This document shows, piece after piece, positions 8,800-19,180 of a stretch of DNA of 60,238 nucleotides (positions are counted from its first letter, which is position 1; each line of letters begins with the position of its first letter). A program made the position numbers and the translations under genes. Source of the DNA: Phycisphaerae bacterium (lineage in GTDB: Bacteria; Planctomycetota; Phycisphaerae; UBA1845; Fen-1342); the NCBI GenBank assembly GCA_044225155.1, contig JBGAJB010000001.1, forward strand, positions 1 to 60,238, given 5' to 3'. The notes under the pieces were generated by a model. It ran no database searches. It saw only the letters and a program-made list of their open reading frames with translations, and was not told the DNA's origin.

Positions 8800-10266
8800 T
8801 CAGGCGAGCAGGGCGGGCACGACGTTGCCGTAGACGTCGGTCAGACGGAAGTCCCGGCCTTGGAAGCGATACGTGAGCCGCTTGTGCTCCAGGCCGAGGC
8901 ATTGCAGGATCGTGGCCTGCAAGTCGTGCACGTGCACCGGATTCTCGACCACGTTGTAGCCCAGTTCGTCGGTTGAGCCGTACGTAAGTCCGGGCTTGAT
9001 TCCGCCGCCGGCCATCCACATCGAGAAGCAATGCGGGTGATGATCGCGCCCGAGGAAGGGCGAACCGGCGCGGCCTTCGTTCATCGGAGTTCGGCCAAAC
9101 TCTCCACCCCACACGATCAGCGTGTCGTCCAGCAGACCGCGCTGCTTCAGATCGTGGATCAGCGCGGCCGATGGGCGGTCCGTCTCCTGGCAGCGCTTGG
9201 GCAAGGCGGTCATTAGATCGTCGCCCGTGCCGGTGCCGTGATTGTCCCAACCCCAGTGATAGAGCTGGATAAAGCGCACGCCGCGCTCGGCCAGTCGCCG
9301 CGCCAGCAGGCAGTTGTTCGCGAACGAAGGGCGTCCGGGCGTCGTACCGTAAAGTTCATGAACCTCGGGCGGTTCGCGCGAGATGTCCATGAGCTCCGGC
9401 ACGCTCGTCTGCATGCGAAACGCCAGTTCGTATTGAGCGATGCGCGTGACGATCTCCGGATCGCCGACGCGCTCGAACTCCATCTCGTTTAGATCGCGGA
9501 TCACGTCCAGCGAGTCGCGGCGCACGCGCGGGCTGATGCCGTCGGGATTGGAGACATACAGCACCGGGTCGCCCTGCGAACGAAACTGCGTGCCTTGATA
9601 GACCGTTGGCAGGAAGCCGCTGCTCCAGAGAGCCGTGCCGCCGTCGGGGTTCGAAATGCCGGAGGTCAGCACGATGAAGCCGGGCAGGTCGCTGTTTTCG
9701 CTGCCGAGGCCATACGCAACCCACGAGCCCATGCTCGGGCGGCCCTGAAGCTGCGAGCCCGTATGAACGAAGAGCTGGGCCGGCGCATGATTGAATTGCT
9801 CCGTGTGCATCGAGCGCACAATGGCGATCTCGTCGGCAACGCCCGCGAGGTGCGGCAGCAACTCGGAAAGTTCGGCACCGCTTTTTCCGTGGCGTGCGAA
9901 CTTGTACGGCGACGCAAGGCACTTCGGTTTGCCCTTGATGAACGCAAAGCGTTCGCCCTTGATCAGCTCTTCGGGCACAGCTTGGCCGTTTAATTCAACG
10001 AGTCTGGGCTTGTTGTCGAACAGATCGAGCTGCGACGGCGCGCCGGCCATGTGCAGGTAGATCACGCGTTTGGCCTTCGCCGGGAAGTGTGGCGCCCGCG
10101 GCGATAGCGGTCCGGGCTTGGGCCCGCTCGGCTCGGGAATTCGCGGCTCGGCCGAAAGTCGCGGGTTTAGGAGCGACGTAAGCGCCAGCGAGCCGAGCCC
10201 AACACCGCAGCGCTGGAAGAAATAGCGGCGCGTCACGCTCTTCAGCAGTTCATCCCGGATGGACAT
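8800..10266 (-). CDS. DUF1501 domain protein (sulfatase-like fold) with Tat signal
   Basis: ATG 10266 gives [33 protein letters not shown], a twin-arginine signal. The body matches the DUF1501 pattern ([13 protein letters not shown]..., [12 protein letters not shown]). The 95-codon upstream extension in the track is Arg/Pro-rich and unlikely to be translated. Confidence 0.9.
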   Translation of the reverse strand: MSIRDELLKSVTRRYFFQRCGVGLGSLALTSLLNPRLSAEPRIPEPSGPKPGPLSPRAPHFPAKAKRVIYLHMAGAPSQLDLFDNKPRLVELNGQAVPEELIKGERFAFIKGKPKCLASPYKFARHGKSGAELSELLPHLAGVADEIAIVRSMHTEQFNHAPAQLFVHTGSQLQGRPSMGSWVAYGLGSENSDLPGFIVLTSGISNPDGGTALWSSGFLPTVYQGTQFRSQGDPVLYVSNPDGISPRVRRDSLDVIRDLNEMEFERVGDPEIVTRIAQYELAFRMQTSVPELMDISREPPEVHELYGTTPGRPSFANNCLLARRLAERGVRFIQLYHWGWDNHGTGTGDDLMTALPKRCQETDRPSAALIHDLKQRGLLDDTLIVWGGEFGRTPMNEGRAGSPFLGRDHHPHCFSMWMAGGGIKPGLTYGSTDELGYNVVENPVHVHDLQATILQCLGLEHKRLTYRFQGRDFRLTDVYGNVVPALLA

Positions 10267-10409
10267 TGGACCGGTGCCCCCGTGTGCGGAAGGGGCCATA
10301 ATAACAGGATCGTCGCGCCGCTTCGTCCGGGATTTTCCGCGATTTTCCGCTGCGCTGCCCGGTCTCCCGGACATTGCAGCCCGCGTCCCGGCTGGTCGAT
10401 ACAGCCGAC

Positions 10410-10940
10410 ATGGAGACTCCCGGTACCAGCCTGACAGTTTCCGGCGCGCAGCAGGCCGAAATCGCGCGCCTCCTCCTGGCCGCGCACGCGGAGGGAATGA
10501 ACGACGACTATCGGGCCAAGCGCCGCTGGCCGCGCTATCACCAGGCGACACCGCTCGAAGTGAAGCGGCCGGGCGAGGATGACGCGCACGCCCACGGCGT
10601 CACGATGCACACCATCTCGGGCGGCGGCGTCTCCTTCGTCTCGCGCGAGCGCTTTCAGGCCGAGGACACCATCCGCATCCGTGAATGGACCCCGCAGGGC
10701 GATCGCCTCTGGCTGACGGGGCAGGTGATGTACTGCGCGGACGGTCTCGGCGGCTACCTGATCGGCTTTGCCTGGGACGAGCCGCTTTCCGAGGCGGAGT
10801 GCTTGGCGATCGAGCAGCGCGTGACGGCCATAGCCTCTGCTCCACCGCCGGAGAAATCCGCAGGCGGCGTTGGCTATGCGCTCATGGGCGCTGCAGCGGT
10901 CGTGGGGCTGCTCTGGGTGCTAGTCGAGATGCCGAACTAG
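10410..10940 (+). CDS. PilZ-domain protein with C-terminal TM helix
   Basis: RRWPRY (RxxxR) and TISGGGVSF (D/NxSxxG-like) are spaced as in PilZ domains. The C-terminal hydrophobic segment is [17 protein letters not shown]. The start codon is uncertain (10374 or 10410). Confidence 0.65.
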   Translation: METPGTSLTVSGAQQAEIARLLLAAHAEGMNDDYRAKRRWPRYHQATPLEVKRPGEDDAHAHGVTMHTISGGGVSFVSRERFQAEDTIRIREWTPQGDRLWLTGQVMYCADGLGGYLIGFAWDEPLSEAECLAIEQRVTAIASAPPPEKSAGGVGYALMGAAAVVGLLWVLVEMPN

Positions 10941-10970
10941 CACGAAATGGGCCGAGGCCCGAACTCTGCG

Positions 10971-11834
10971 TTACGGCCCAAGATTGCGATACTCGTAATC
11001 AGGATCTTCCGGGTCATCGTACCAGGGTCCCGAACACGTTTTCCAACCTGGACCGTAGTTCCCTTCGGTAGTGTTCGCGAGCGTATTCGCGGAATGTCCG
11101 TCGAGAAACAAGAACGAGTGGCGGTTGTATTGCCGGTGCCAGCCGAGTCGCGGGATGAAATTCCACTGAGCCGAGTCGAACGGATCCTCGTACAAAACGA
11201 CAAACCGACTAACGTGTTTTTCTCGTTGCTTTGAAAGAAAATGGTTGCTGCGCTGAAGATATTTCATGCCATCGGAGCCCTGAGTGGCCCATTGCGAGAC
11301 AAAGTGATAGTTCAGATCGTAGCTGCTGCCCGTATCACGATAGATGGGGCGAAGTGACTCGATGTCGTCAGTTTGCGTGTTCCAGTATCCGCCCGTGTCA
11401 GACGGGCATGCGAATACGGGAAGATTTCGATTCATCTCAAATTCAGGGGATCCATTCTCCGTCGTGCTCTCGATCCGAAGTGTAAGACCGGGATAGATGT
11501 ATTTATTAAACGGTCGTCCGCCCGGTGAATCACGATAGGTCGAGTTCGAGAATCCCCACCACACAGGTCTTCCAGGGTGCCCACCGTAATAAAAGCCGTG
11601 GACAGGAGAGGCGACCGAGATGTTTCGCTTTTCAAAAGGAAACCATTCACGCGCATCCGAAAAGTACATCAGCATCGCATTCCCGATCGTCCGGAGGTTG
11701 GCGATGCACTTAACCATGCGCGCTTGTTCGCGAGCCCGCCCCATGTGCGGCAGTAGGATCGACATGAGCAAGCCGATGATCGCGACCACGACGAGCAATT
11801 CAATCAAAGTGAACGCACGTGATTTCGACCGCAT
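10971..11834 (-). CDS. DUF1559-type protein with prepilin-type N-terminal cleavage/methylation segment
   Basis: ATG 11834 gives MRSKSRAFTLIELLVVVAIIGLLMSILLP. A C-terminal FLFLDGHS motif is present. Confidence 0.85.
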   Translation of the reverse strand: MRSKSRAFTLIELLVVVAIIGLLMSILLPHMGRAREQARMVKCIANLRTIGNAMLMYFSDAREWFPFEKRNISVASPVHGFYYGGHPGRPVWWGFSNSTYRDSPGGRPFNKYIYPGLTLRIESTTENGSPEFEMNRNLPVFACPSDTGGYWNTQTDDIESLRPIYRDTGSSYDLNYHFVSQWATQGSDGMKYLQRSNHFLSKQREKHVSRFVVLYEDPFDSAQWNFIPRLGWHRQYNRHSFLFLDGHSANTLANTTEGNYGPGWKTCSGPWYDDPEDPDYEYRNLGP

Positions 11835-11916
11835 TTCTGAACGCCTCCCGATCTGCTGATGTGCGTCAGACGGACCCAATCAGCGTAACGCGAATTGGGA
11901 CGATATCCAAGCAAAA

Positions 11917-12237
11917 TTACGGCGGCGGGGCCGCAATCGGCTTGGGTTTGGGGATGCGAGACGCTTTCATCTGCTTACAGGCGGGGCAGCGAAAGGCCAT
12001 CGTTTTTCCGTCCTCCAGCGTGCCTACCAAGCCCGAGCGGAGTCCGCGCTCCAGCTCGCGGCCGTTCAGATGAAACTCAGTTTTGCACGACTGACAGCGA
12101 CAATAAACCCACGTAGATTCATCCGTTGGAATCGAACTAAGATCGTCCGAAGCGTGAAGGTAGTACGCTACGCCGAAGCCCAACAAGGCGAGCGAGATTA
12201 TCGCCAAGGATATGTTCTTAATTGTTCCAGTGGCCAT
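11917..12237 (-). CDS. Small membrane-anchored zinc-ribbon protein (hypothetical)
   Basis: An N-terminal TM helix (ISLAIISLALLGFGVAYYL) is followed by CRCQSC ... CPAC cysteine pairs and a Pro/Lys tail. It lies 82 nt upstream of the DUF1559 gene on the same strand. Confidence 0.6.
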   Translation of the reverse strand: MATGTIKNISLAIISLALLGFGVAYYLHASDDLSSIPTDESTWVYCRCQSCKTEFHLNGRELERGLRSGLVGTLEDGKTMAFRCPACKQMKASRIPKPKPIAAPPP

Positions 12238-12373
12238 CCACCTTCTCCGCGATCATCATAACCGAAGGTCACTCAACATCAGCTCGGCGCGGCCTCGCCC
12301 TCCCGGTCTCGCGCGACCGAATTGAAGGGACGTCGAGGCCAGGGCCAGGTCGCGCAGCGGGTCGTGTGTGCCG

Positions 12374-13528
12374 TCAAGCAGCGTTCCGCGGCTTCGACCG
12401 CCGCAATTCGACCAGCAGGCAGATCCCGTACATTCCCGTCTGCACGCCGCTGCGCACCATCATCGTCCACGCCCCGCCGCCCACCGGATTCGCGGGGATC
12501 CACGCCCACGCCGCCAGGCTCGTCGCCGTCAGGACCGCCATCTGCACCGGGACCTGCACCCAGAAGCGCTGCATCTGTGTGACGATCGCGCCGAACATGC
12601 TGCCCAGCAGCAGCACGCACTGCCCGGCGACCAGCAGCAGGAACTCGGGCAGATATTGCACGTATTCCGGCGTGTACATCACGCGCAGCAGCCACGCCCC
12701 GCACAGCCACGTGACGGCAAAAACGCCGGCTCCCAGCAGCACCGTGCCTCCGATCAGCCGCCGCGCCAACCGCCAGAAGCGCGGCCGATCGGTCAGGTGA
12801 TAGGTGGCAAGCCGGTGCGCGGCCGCCAGGGCGAGTTGCACGACGAGGAACTGCCCCGTCAGCGGAATGAGCGCGAGCGCGCCGAAGTAGCCCAGATCGC
12901 GCGGGCCGCCCGGCAGCAGATCGATCACGATACGCGGCGCGTTTTCGCTGAGATTGATGAGCAGTGCGACAATGCCCATCGGTGCGGCCGAGCGCAGCAA
13001 GCGAAAATCATCCGCGCGGCTCGAACGCGAATCGGCGTTGTCGAGGGCGCGCAGCACGGGGGCATCCACAAACGCGGTAATCCCCCACCAGAGCGCGACC
13101 TGCACCGCGACGGAGGCTGCGGCCGCGGTCTGTATTCCCGTCGCACCGGCCGCCAGCGGCAGCGCGATCGCAAACGGCAGAATGCCGGCCACCCCGCGCA
13201 AGGAATTGGAAAGATTGAAACGCGGCCAGTCGCCGCGCTTCTGCATCACGCCCCAATAAAGCTCAGTCCAGGACAGCAGCCAGCGCGTCGCGAAGACGCC
13301 GCCGTAAAGCACAATGAGCGCGGCCGCTCCCAATCGCGTGGCGTGCCAGGCGAGCAGGACGGTCAGGACCAATGCTGCCAGCGTCAGGCCGTAGCGGCGT
13401 AGACGCGTGAACGCCTCGATCGGGAGCGCCTGCCCGGCGTCGGCGACAAATACCGCGCGCAGTTCCATGGCCAGCAAAAGCAGGATCGGCGTGGACCACG
13501 CCATCGCCGCGAGATAGTGCCCCTGCAA
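12374..13528 (-). CDS. Wzx/MOP-type polysaccharide flippase-like membrane protein (N-terminus probably extends upstream)
   Basis: The product has at least 10 hydrophobic helices. The same frame stays open upstream to about 13700 and encodes GNGLFNLCRLGIVVLLAKFAGPELQGHY, a typical flippase N-terminal segment. No in-frame ATG, GTG or TTG occurs there. Confidence 0.6.
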   Translation of the reverse strand: MQGHYLAAMAWSTPILLLLAMELRAVFVADAGQALPIEAFTRLRRYGLTLAALVLTVLLAWHATRLGAAALIVLYGGVFATRWLLSWTELYWGVMQKRGDWPRFNLSNSLRGVAGILPFAIALPLAAGATGIQTAAAASVAVQVALWWGITAFVDAPVLRALDNADSRSSRADDFRLLRSAAPMGIVALLINLSENAPRIVIDLLPGGPRDLGYFGALALIPLTGQFLVVQLALAAAHRLATYHLTDRPRFWRLARRLIGGTVLLGAGVFAVTWLCGAWLLRVMYTPEYVQYLPEFLLLVAGQCVLLLGSMFGAIVTQMQRFWVQVPVQMAVLTATSLAAWAWIPANPVGGGAWTMMVRSGVQTGMYGICLLVELRRSKPRNAA

Positions 13529-13701
13529 CTCAGGCCCGGCGAATTTCGCGAGCAGTACGACGATGCCCAGCCGGCACAGATTGAAGAGGCCGTTTCCGAC
13601 CGCGACATGGCCCAGCGCGTGCCAAAGACGCCCGCGCGGCGGCGCTGGCTGCGGCGGGGTGGCGGTGTGCGATTCGCCCAGAGTTGAGCACCTCGGGCCG
13701 G

Positions 13702-14586
13702 CTACGGCAGCGCGATATTCTCGAGCTTGGCTTCGAGGGTTTTGCGCGTGACGTTCGTGTAGATCTTCAGGACGAGGAATGTGCTGGCGTCGACCTCGCT
13801 GGCCGCGAGCGTGTGCTGCTGATAAGTCGAGCCGTCCTTGGCCTGCTTATCGCGGAACCGCGAGTTCAGGTTGCGCATGTCGGCGTCGGTCAGCGTGGCC
13901 GTCACGAACGCGTCCTGCCCTTGAACGATGCGGAACCCGAGCCCCTTGGTCTCGGGCTTCTCGTCTGTTTCCTCGCCCGGTTTCATGATGTGAATGTCAA
14001 TGCCCGAAGCCTGAAGTCGCGGATCGGGAATCGACTGGCCCTCGTACTGTTTCGGATTGAGAATCGGAATCCACGTCGTGCCGTCCGCCATCACGAGATT
14101 CACCTTGCCATTCAGGTGCTTGACGGACTTCGACTCGCGGCCGGCGCAGGTGGCTTCGATCATCAGCGGCAGGCCGCCCTTGAGGTCGTCCGGGCCGATG
14201 TTCACGGGCGACGTATTCGTCCGCTGGGCGTCTGTGATCGTGGAAGTGTCGAACAGCTTGTTGTCGCGATCGTCGGTCAATTCGTCGATCAGAAATGTTC
14301 CGACGCGAGCGATCCGCGTGCAGCCGTCGCCGACGACGCGGAGTCGCATCCGCAGCGCCGAGCCCGGCGCGTTCTGAGGAACATCACCCTCAAAGCGAAT
14401 CCGCTGCTCGAGGATCGCGTCCATCTCAATCCGCAGGTCGCCGGACGTGCGGTCCGTTACCGGCGGGCGAGGCGCAGGCTGGCGACCGGCACCGGGTCGC
14501 GGCGGACCTCCCGGCACTTCCTGCCACCCAGCGGCAAGAGCCAGAGAACCCGCAAGCACAACCCACAAAGCGATTCGCCCGATCAT
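13702..14586 (-). CDS. Secreted hypothetical protein
   Basis: The signal peptide is MIGRIALWVVLAGSLALAAG, followed by a Pro-rich linker and then a beta-rich sequence. I recognise no family. Confidence 0.6.
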   Translation of the reverse strand: MIGRIALWVVLAGSLALAAGWQEVPGGPPRPGAGRQPAPRPPVTDRTSGDLRIEMDAILEQRIRFEGDVPQNAPGSALRMRLRVVGDGCTRIARVGTFLIDELTDDRDNKLFDTSTITDAQRTNTSPVNIGPDDLKGGLPLMIEATCAGRESKSVKHLNGKVNLVMADGTTWIPILNPKQYEGQSIPDPRLQASGIDIHIMKPGEETDEKPETKGLGFRIVQGQDAFVTATLTDADMRNLNSRFRDKQAKDGSTYQQHTLAASEVDASTFLVLKIYTNVTRKTLEAKLENIALP

Positions 14587-14758
14587 GCTAAGAACTCCTC
14601 AGGGCGCCCCGCGACGTTTGATCGCCGGACGGGGCGCGCAGTCTGGCAAGTGTGGCCCCGCTCACAAGCGGCGTCAACTGCCGTTCCCGACCAGCCCGCG
14701 TCCGTGGCCGTCGCCGGACTGCTATCATTCCAGCACCGGCCAGTGGCGGAGATTCCCG

Positions 14759-16258
14759 ATGTTGAGCATTCCCATTCTGCGGAACGGCCGGCCCTATGAA
14801 AGCGCCGAGCGGGTCGCGCTCTTTCATCATGCCACCGGCGAACCGGTCGCCGAGGTCAGTCAGGCCAATAGCGGCCTGATCGGACGCGATATTGGCCGGA
14901 TGTGCAGCGACGTACTCGAGCGATTTTCGACGCGCGAGCTGATCGCCATCTCCCGCCGGGCGGGCGATCTCTTCCTGAACGCTTCGCTCCCCGTCGGCAA
15001 CGGTTGCCAGACTTTCGACGATTATGTCCGGAGCCTCTCCAGCACAACGGGCATGCCCGTCACCTATTGCCGGGCAAACGCGCGAAAAATTCACAAAGTG
15101 CTGGACGAAGTCGAGGGTGTGCTGGCCGGTCTGACGCGCGGCATGGATCTCACGATTCTTGATCGCGGCTACGGGCAGCATGACGGCCGGATGCTCAGCT
15201 TTTATCGCGCGGGGCGTGTCTTCGGCGCCGTGCTGCCGAGTAACTCGCCGGGCGTGCATTCGCTGTGGACGCCTGCCATCGCGCTCAAGGCTCCGCTGGT
15301 TCTGAAACCCGGACGCGAAGAGCCGTGGACGCCGCTCCGCATCATCGCGGCGTTCATCGCCGCGGGCGCGCCCTGCGAGGCGTTCAGTTTCTACCCCACG
15401 GATCACTCCGGCGCGGCCGAGGTGTTGCGGCGCGCCGATCGGGCCATGCTCTTCGGCGATGCATCCACGACGCGGCCCTGGGCGAACGACCCGCGCGTTG
15501 AGCTGCACGGCCCGGGTTACAGCAAGATCGTCTTCGGCGAAGACTGTGTGGATGAGTGGGAAAAGCACCTCGACGTGCTCGTGACGTCGATCGCCGCCAA
15601 CGGCGGGCGCTCTTGCATCAACGCATCTGCGATCTGGACGCCGCGGCACGGGCGGGCGATTGCCGAGGCGGTGGCGAAGCGCCTGGCGAAAGTGAGAGCG
15701 CTGCCCGCCGACGATCCGCACGCCGAAGTCGCGGCCTTCGCCAATCCGCAGACAGCCGAGGCGATCAATGCGACGATCGACGCGGGGCTGCGCGAGCCGG
15801 GCGCGATCGATCTGACGGAACAATTTCGCGGCACACCGCGGCTCGTGCGGCAGGGGCGCATCGCGCACCTGCTTCCGACCGTGGTCTGGATCGACCCGCG
15901 CGGCGGCGGTTCGCATCCGCTCGGCGATTTCGGCACGAGCCATCCGCTGGCCAACCGAGAATTCCTCTTCCCGTTCGCGTCCGTCATTGAGTGCCCGGCG
16001 GAGCAGATCCCGGAGCGCATCGGCTGGAGCCTGATCGTCTCGACCATCACGCACGACGAGAAATTCGCCGAGAAACTGATGGGCAGCCCGCACGTTGAGC
16101 GTCTGAATATCGGGGCGATTCCGACGTACCAGATCAGTTGGGACCAGCCGCACGAGGGAAACCTGTTCGAACTGCTGTATCGGCAGCGGGCGTTCCGCAG
16201 CGCGCGCCAATGGCATCGAAGAGTCGGCCGCCTGATTCGCGACCGAACAGCGAGATGA
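14759..16258 (+). CDS. Aldehyde dehydrogenase superfamily protein
   Basis: ATG 14759 gives MLSIPILRNGRPY. ALDH-like segments are present (LPSNSPGVHSLW, LVLKPGREEPWTP, NGGRSCINASAIW with a candidate catalytic Cys). Confidence 0.75.
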   Translation: MLSIPILRNGRPYESAERVALFHHATGEPVAEVSQANSGLIGRDIGRMCSDVLERFSTRELIAISRRAGDLFLNASLPVGNGCQTFDDYVRSLSSTTGMPVTYCRANARKIHKVLDEVEGVLAGLTRGMDLTILDRGYGQHDGRMLSFYRAGRVFGAVLPSNSPGVHSLWTPAIALKAPLVLKPGREEPWTPLRIIAAFIAAGAPCEAFSFYPTDHSGAAEVLRRADRAMLFGDASTTRPWANDPRVELHGPGYSKIVFGEDCVDEWEKHLDVLVTSIAANGGRSCINASAIWTPRHGRAIAEAVAKRLAKVRALPADDPHAEVAAFANPQTAEAINATIDAGLREPGAIDLTEQFRGTPRLVRQGRIAHLLPTVVWIDPRGGGSHPLGDFGTSHPLANREFLFPFASVIECPAEQIPERIGWSLIVSTITHDEKFAEKLMGSPHVERLNIGAIPTYQISWDQPHEGNLFELLYRQRAFRSARQWHRRVGRLIRDRTAR

Positions 16259-16358
16259 TCAGCCACTTTTTGGAACACTCCGCGACAGAACACGCGGGCA
16301 ACGCGGAATTGGCGGCAACCCACATGGTGTCGACCACTCGGACCGAGCCAGAGCGCGC

Positions 16359-17519
16359 ATGAGTTTTCCAGCCTGCCTCGCCGTATCGCCGGTCGCACTC
16401 GTCTTTGCCGAGCACGCGCTCGCGCAGCTTGGCGCCATCGCCGCCAAGCTCGGCGCGACGAGTGCGCTGCTCGTCACCGACCCCGCCATCCGGGCAGCCG
16501 GGCATGTCGACGTCGCGCTGCGAAGCCTCGCCGCTGAGCAGTTTCAAACGTACGTCTTTGACGACGTGGTCGAGAATCCAACAACGGACACCGTCGCCGC
16601 CGGGCTGGACGCCCTGCACAACGGGCGACCCGGCGGACCGGACCTGATCATCGGACTCGGCGGCGGCAGCGTGATGGACTGCGCGAAGGGCATCAACCTC
16701 CTGCACCGTTGCGGCGGCAATGCGGCGGATTACCGCGGCGATCCGTCCCCCGAAATCCTCGCCCGGCGGCCGGCGCTGCTCCCGATGATCCTGATCCCCA
16801 CGACCGCGGGCACCGGTAGCGAAGCGCAGTCCTTTGCGCTGATCAGCGATGCCGCCACGCACATGAAAATGCCCTGCGGCGACCGACGACCGCCGCGGCA
16901 GGGCGGTCTGCGGCCACACGTCGCGCTACTGGATCCCGCCCTGACCCGCACAGTGCCGCCCGGAGTCGCGGCCGTGACCGGCATGGACGCGCTGACGCAC
17001 GCGGTGGAGACGGCCGGCTGCCGCGTGCGCACGGACGAGTCGAGAGCGCTGTCGCGCGAGGCGTGGCTGCGGCTCGAAGCGAATTTCGAGACCGCGCTGC
17101 AGAACCCTAGCGATACACACGCCCGCGGCGCGATGTTGCTCGGAGCGCACCTGGCCGGCGCGGCGATCGAGCAGTCGATGCTGGGCGCGGCGCACGCCTG
17201 CGCGAATCCGCTGACAGCGCGCTTCGGAATTACCCACGGAGCAGCGGTCGGACTCATGATGCCGCACGTCGTGCGGTTCAATTGTGCGCGCGGTGAAAAT
17301 CCGTATTACGACCTTTCGCGCGAGCCCGAAGCGCTTGTGCGACGGCTGACGGGACTTCTGACCGCCGCAGCCCTGCCGACGACACTCAGCGCGTATGGAG
17401 TGGCCGCCGACGACCTGCCGCTGCTGGCTTCGCAGGCGGCGCAGCAATGGACGGCGGGCTTCAATCCGCGTGCGCTGGACGCGGCGGCGATGCTCGATAT
17501 TTATTGCGCGGCGATTTAG
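16359..17519 (+). CDS. Iron-containing (group III) alcohol dehydrogenase
   Basis: Matches the Fe-ADH pattern: GLGGGSVMDCAKGI, IPTTAGTGSE, and His-rich metal-site segments (DALTHAVE, HACANPL). Confidence 0.85.
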   Translation: MSFPACLAVSPVALVFAEHALAQLGAIAAKLGATSALLVTDPAIRAAGHVDVALRSLAAEQFQTYVFDDVVENPTTDTVAAGLDALHNGRPGGPDLIIGLGGGSVMDCAKGINLLHRCGGNAADYRGDPSPEILARRPALLPMILIPTTAGTGSEAQSFALISDAATHMKMPCGDRRPPRQGGLRPHVALLDPALTRTVPPGVAAVTGMDALTHAVETAGCRVRTDESRALSREAWLRLEANFETALQNPSDTHARGAMLLGAHLAGAAIEQSMLGAAHACANPLTARFGITHGAAVGLMMPHVVRFNCARGENPYYDLSREPEALVRRLTGLLTAAALPTTLSAYGVAADDLPLLASQAAQQWTAGFNPRALDAAAMLDIYCAAI

Positions 17520-17631
17520 GGTGGACAGAGAACGACGAATGGCTGATGGCTAATAGAAACCAGGAGTGCGACACTTCCGGCCCAGGAATCGATTCTTCAC
17601 ACGGTTTTCGCAGTTCAACGCAAGCGAATCG

Positions 17632-18945
17632 CTATTGGGCGATCGCCGGCCGCCCGACGCTGTGGTATTCAAATCCGCGCCGCCGCATCGCGGCCAGGTC
17701 GAAAATGTTTCGGCCGTCGAAAATGAGTTTCTGCTTCAGATCAAGGCTGATGCGCTCGAAGTCCGGTGTGCGATATTCCATCCACTCCGTCAGGATCAGC
17801 AGCGCTTCTGCGCCCGGCAGCGCCGCGTAAGCGTCGCGCACATAGGTGATGGAATCACCGAGTTCGCGCCGCGTGCTTTCCAGCGCCTTCGGATCGTGGG
17901 CCACAATCGATGCGCCGGCCTCAAGTAACCGCCGAACGATCGCCAGCGCCGGTGCTTCACGCACGTCGTCCGTCTTTGGTTTGAACGCCAGGCCCCACAC
18001 CGCCAGCTTCTTTCCCCGCAGCGCGGGTCCCAGCCGGCGAATCACGCTGTCCGCCAAACCGACCGCCTGCTGCTGATTGCGCTGATGCACCGCGTCCAGC
18101 AGATCGCCGCCGACGCCGGCCTCACGCGCCTGGTGCGCGAGCGCCTGCACGTCCTTGGGAAAACAACTGCCGCCGTAGCCGATGCCGGGATACATGAAGT
18201 GCTGACCGATCCGCGCGTCGGTGCCGATGCCGCGCCGCACTTCGTCGATGTCCACGCCCAGCGCGCCGCAGAGGGCCGCGATCTCGTTGATGAAACTGAT
18301 CCGCGTCGCAAGATACGCGTTGGCGGCGTATTTCGTCAGCTCGGAAGCCATCCGCGACATGATCAGGATCGGTTTGTTGTTGCGAACAAACGGCTTGTAC
18401 AACTCCGCAACGGCTGCCGCGGCGTCCGGGTCGTCTGCGCCGATCACGACGCGGTCCGGCCGCAGAAAGTCCTCGACGGCCGCGCCTTCCTTCAGAAATT
18501 CCGGATTGCTGACGACGTGAAACGGATGCCGCGCGCTTTCCCGGATGATCGCTTCGACGCGCGCCCCGGTGCCGACGGGAACCGTGCTCTTCACCACGAC
18601 GATCGTGGCGCCGGTCAGCGCGGTGCCGATCGCCCGGGCCACGGCCTCGACACTCGAAAGGTCAGCCGCGCCGTCCGCCTTTGGTGGTGTGCCCACCGCG
18701 ACAAACACCACGTTTTGCCCAGCCACTGCTTCGGCCGTGTTGGTCGTGAAGGTCAGCCGACCGGCCGCGATGTTCTCGCGCAGAATCTCCGCCAGACCGG
18801 GTTCGAAGAGCGGACTTCGTCCGGCACGTAGCTCCTCGATCTTGGCGGGATCGCGATCCGCGCAGACCACGTGATTTCCGCTCTCGGCCAGGCAGGCGCC
18901 CGTCACGAGTCCGACGTATCCCGTTCCGATCACACCCACGCGCAT
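17632..18945 (-). CDS. ugd: UDP-glucose 6-dehydrogenase
   Basis: MRVGVIGTGYVGLVTGACLAE..., FLKEGAAVEDF and GGSCFPKD (catalytic Cys) are present. The product is full length at 437 aa. Confidence 0.92.
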   Translation of the reverse strand: MRVGVIGTGYVGLVTGACLAESGNHVVCADRDPAKIEELRAGRSPLFEPGLAEILRENIAAGRLTFTTNTAEAVAGQNVVFVAVGTPPKADGAADLSSVEAVARAIGTALTGATIVVVKSTVPVGTGARVEAIIRESARHPFHVVSNPEFLKEGAAVEDFLRPDRVVIGADDPDAAAAVAELYKPFVRNNKPILIMSRMASELTKYAANAYLATRISFINEIAALCGALGVDIDEVRRGIGTDARIGQHFMYPGIGYGGSCFPKDVQALAHQAREAGVGGDLLDAVHQRNQQQAVGLADSVIRRLGPALRGKKLAVWGLAFKPKTDDVREAPALAIVRRLLEAGASIVAHDPKALESTRRELGDSITYVRDAYAALPGAEALLILTEWMEYRTPDFERISLDLKQKLIFDGRNIFDLAAMRRRGFEYHSVGRPAIAQ

Positions 18946-19180
18946 TTCGCTGATCTCACCCGATTGGCCTGATCCGCGTGAAAATCGGTCGCTTCGCGAT
19001 TTTCCGCTTCCGGCACAATGATACTCGTACGCTGAAATCCGCTGCTGCGTTCGAGACGCGAATGCAATGACTCCGCGGCCGGAGCGGGCGTATGCTCCAC
19101 ATCACAGCGTGGGAACGGCCGTGGCGGGGAAACACGCGGCCGGCGGAAGTGCGGGCGAATCGCAATCTTGGAGGCGTCAC

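Noticed and set aside
8800-10266. DUF1501 gene lacks the DUF1549/DUF1553 (PSCyt-type) partner that often accompanies it in Planctomycetes
   Set aside because: Unpaired copies are common in these genomes. Nothing in the flanking sequence suggests a degraded partner.
10321-10340. Tandem direct repeat GATTTTCCGC x2 in the DUF1501/PilZ divergent region, with a related CGCGATTTTCCGC near 19000 inside an inverted repeat GAAAATCG-N9-CGATTTTC
   Set aside because: There are only two or three short occurrences and I cannot show enrichment or conservation without a genome-wide count. I noted it as a possible regulator site but it is too weak to report as a finding.
12368-13402. 344-aa plus-strand ORF (and 12222-12800, 12279-12710)
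   Set aside because: It is antisense or out of frame relative to the flippase-like membrane protein. It is extremely Arg/Gln/His-rich and has no hydrophobic or domain structure.
14588-16216. 542-aa minus-strand ORF
   Set aside because: It is antisense to the aldehyde dehydrogenase gene. Its composition is Arg/Ala/Pro-biased with no motifs, so it is a shadow ORF.
14759-17519. Adjacent aldehyde dehydrogenase and Fe-alcohol dehydrogenase as a possible special pathway
   Set aside because: This is a common metabolic pairing. There are no microcompartment shell, cofactor or regulator genes nearby to suggest anything beyond ordinary alcohol/aldehyde metabolism.
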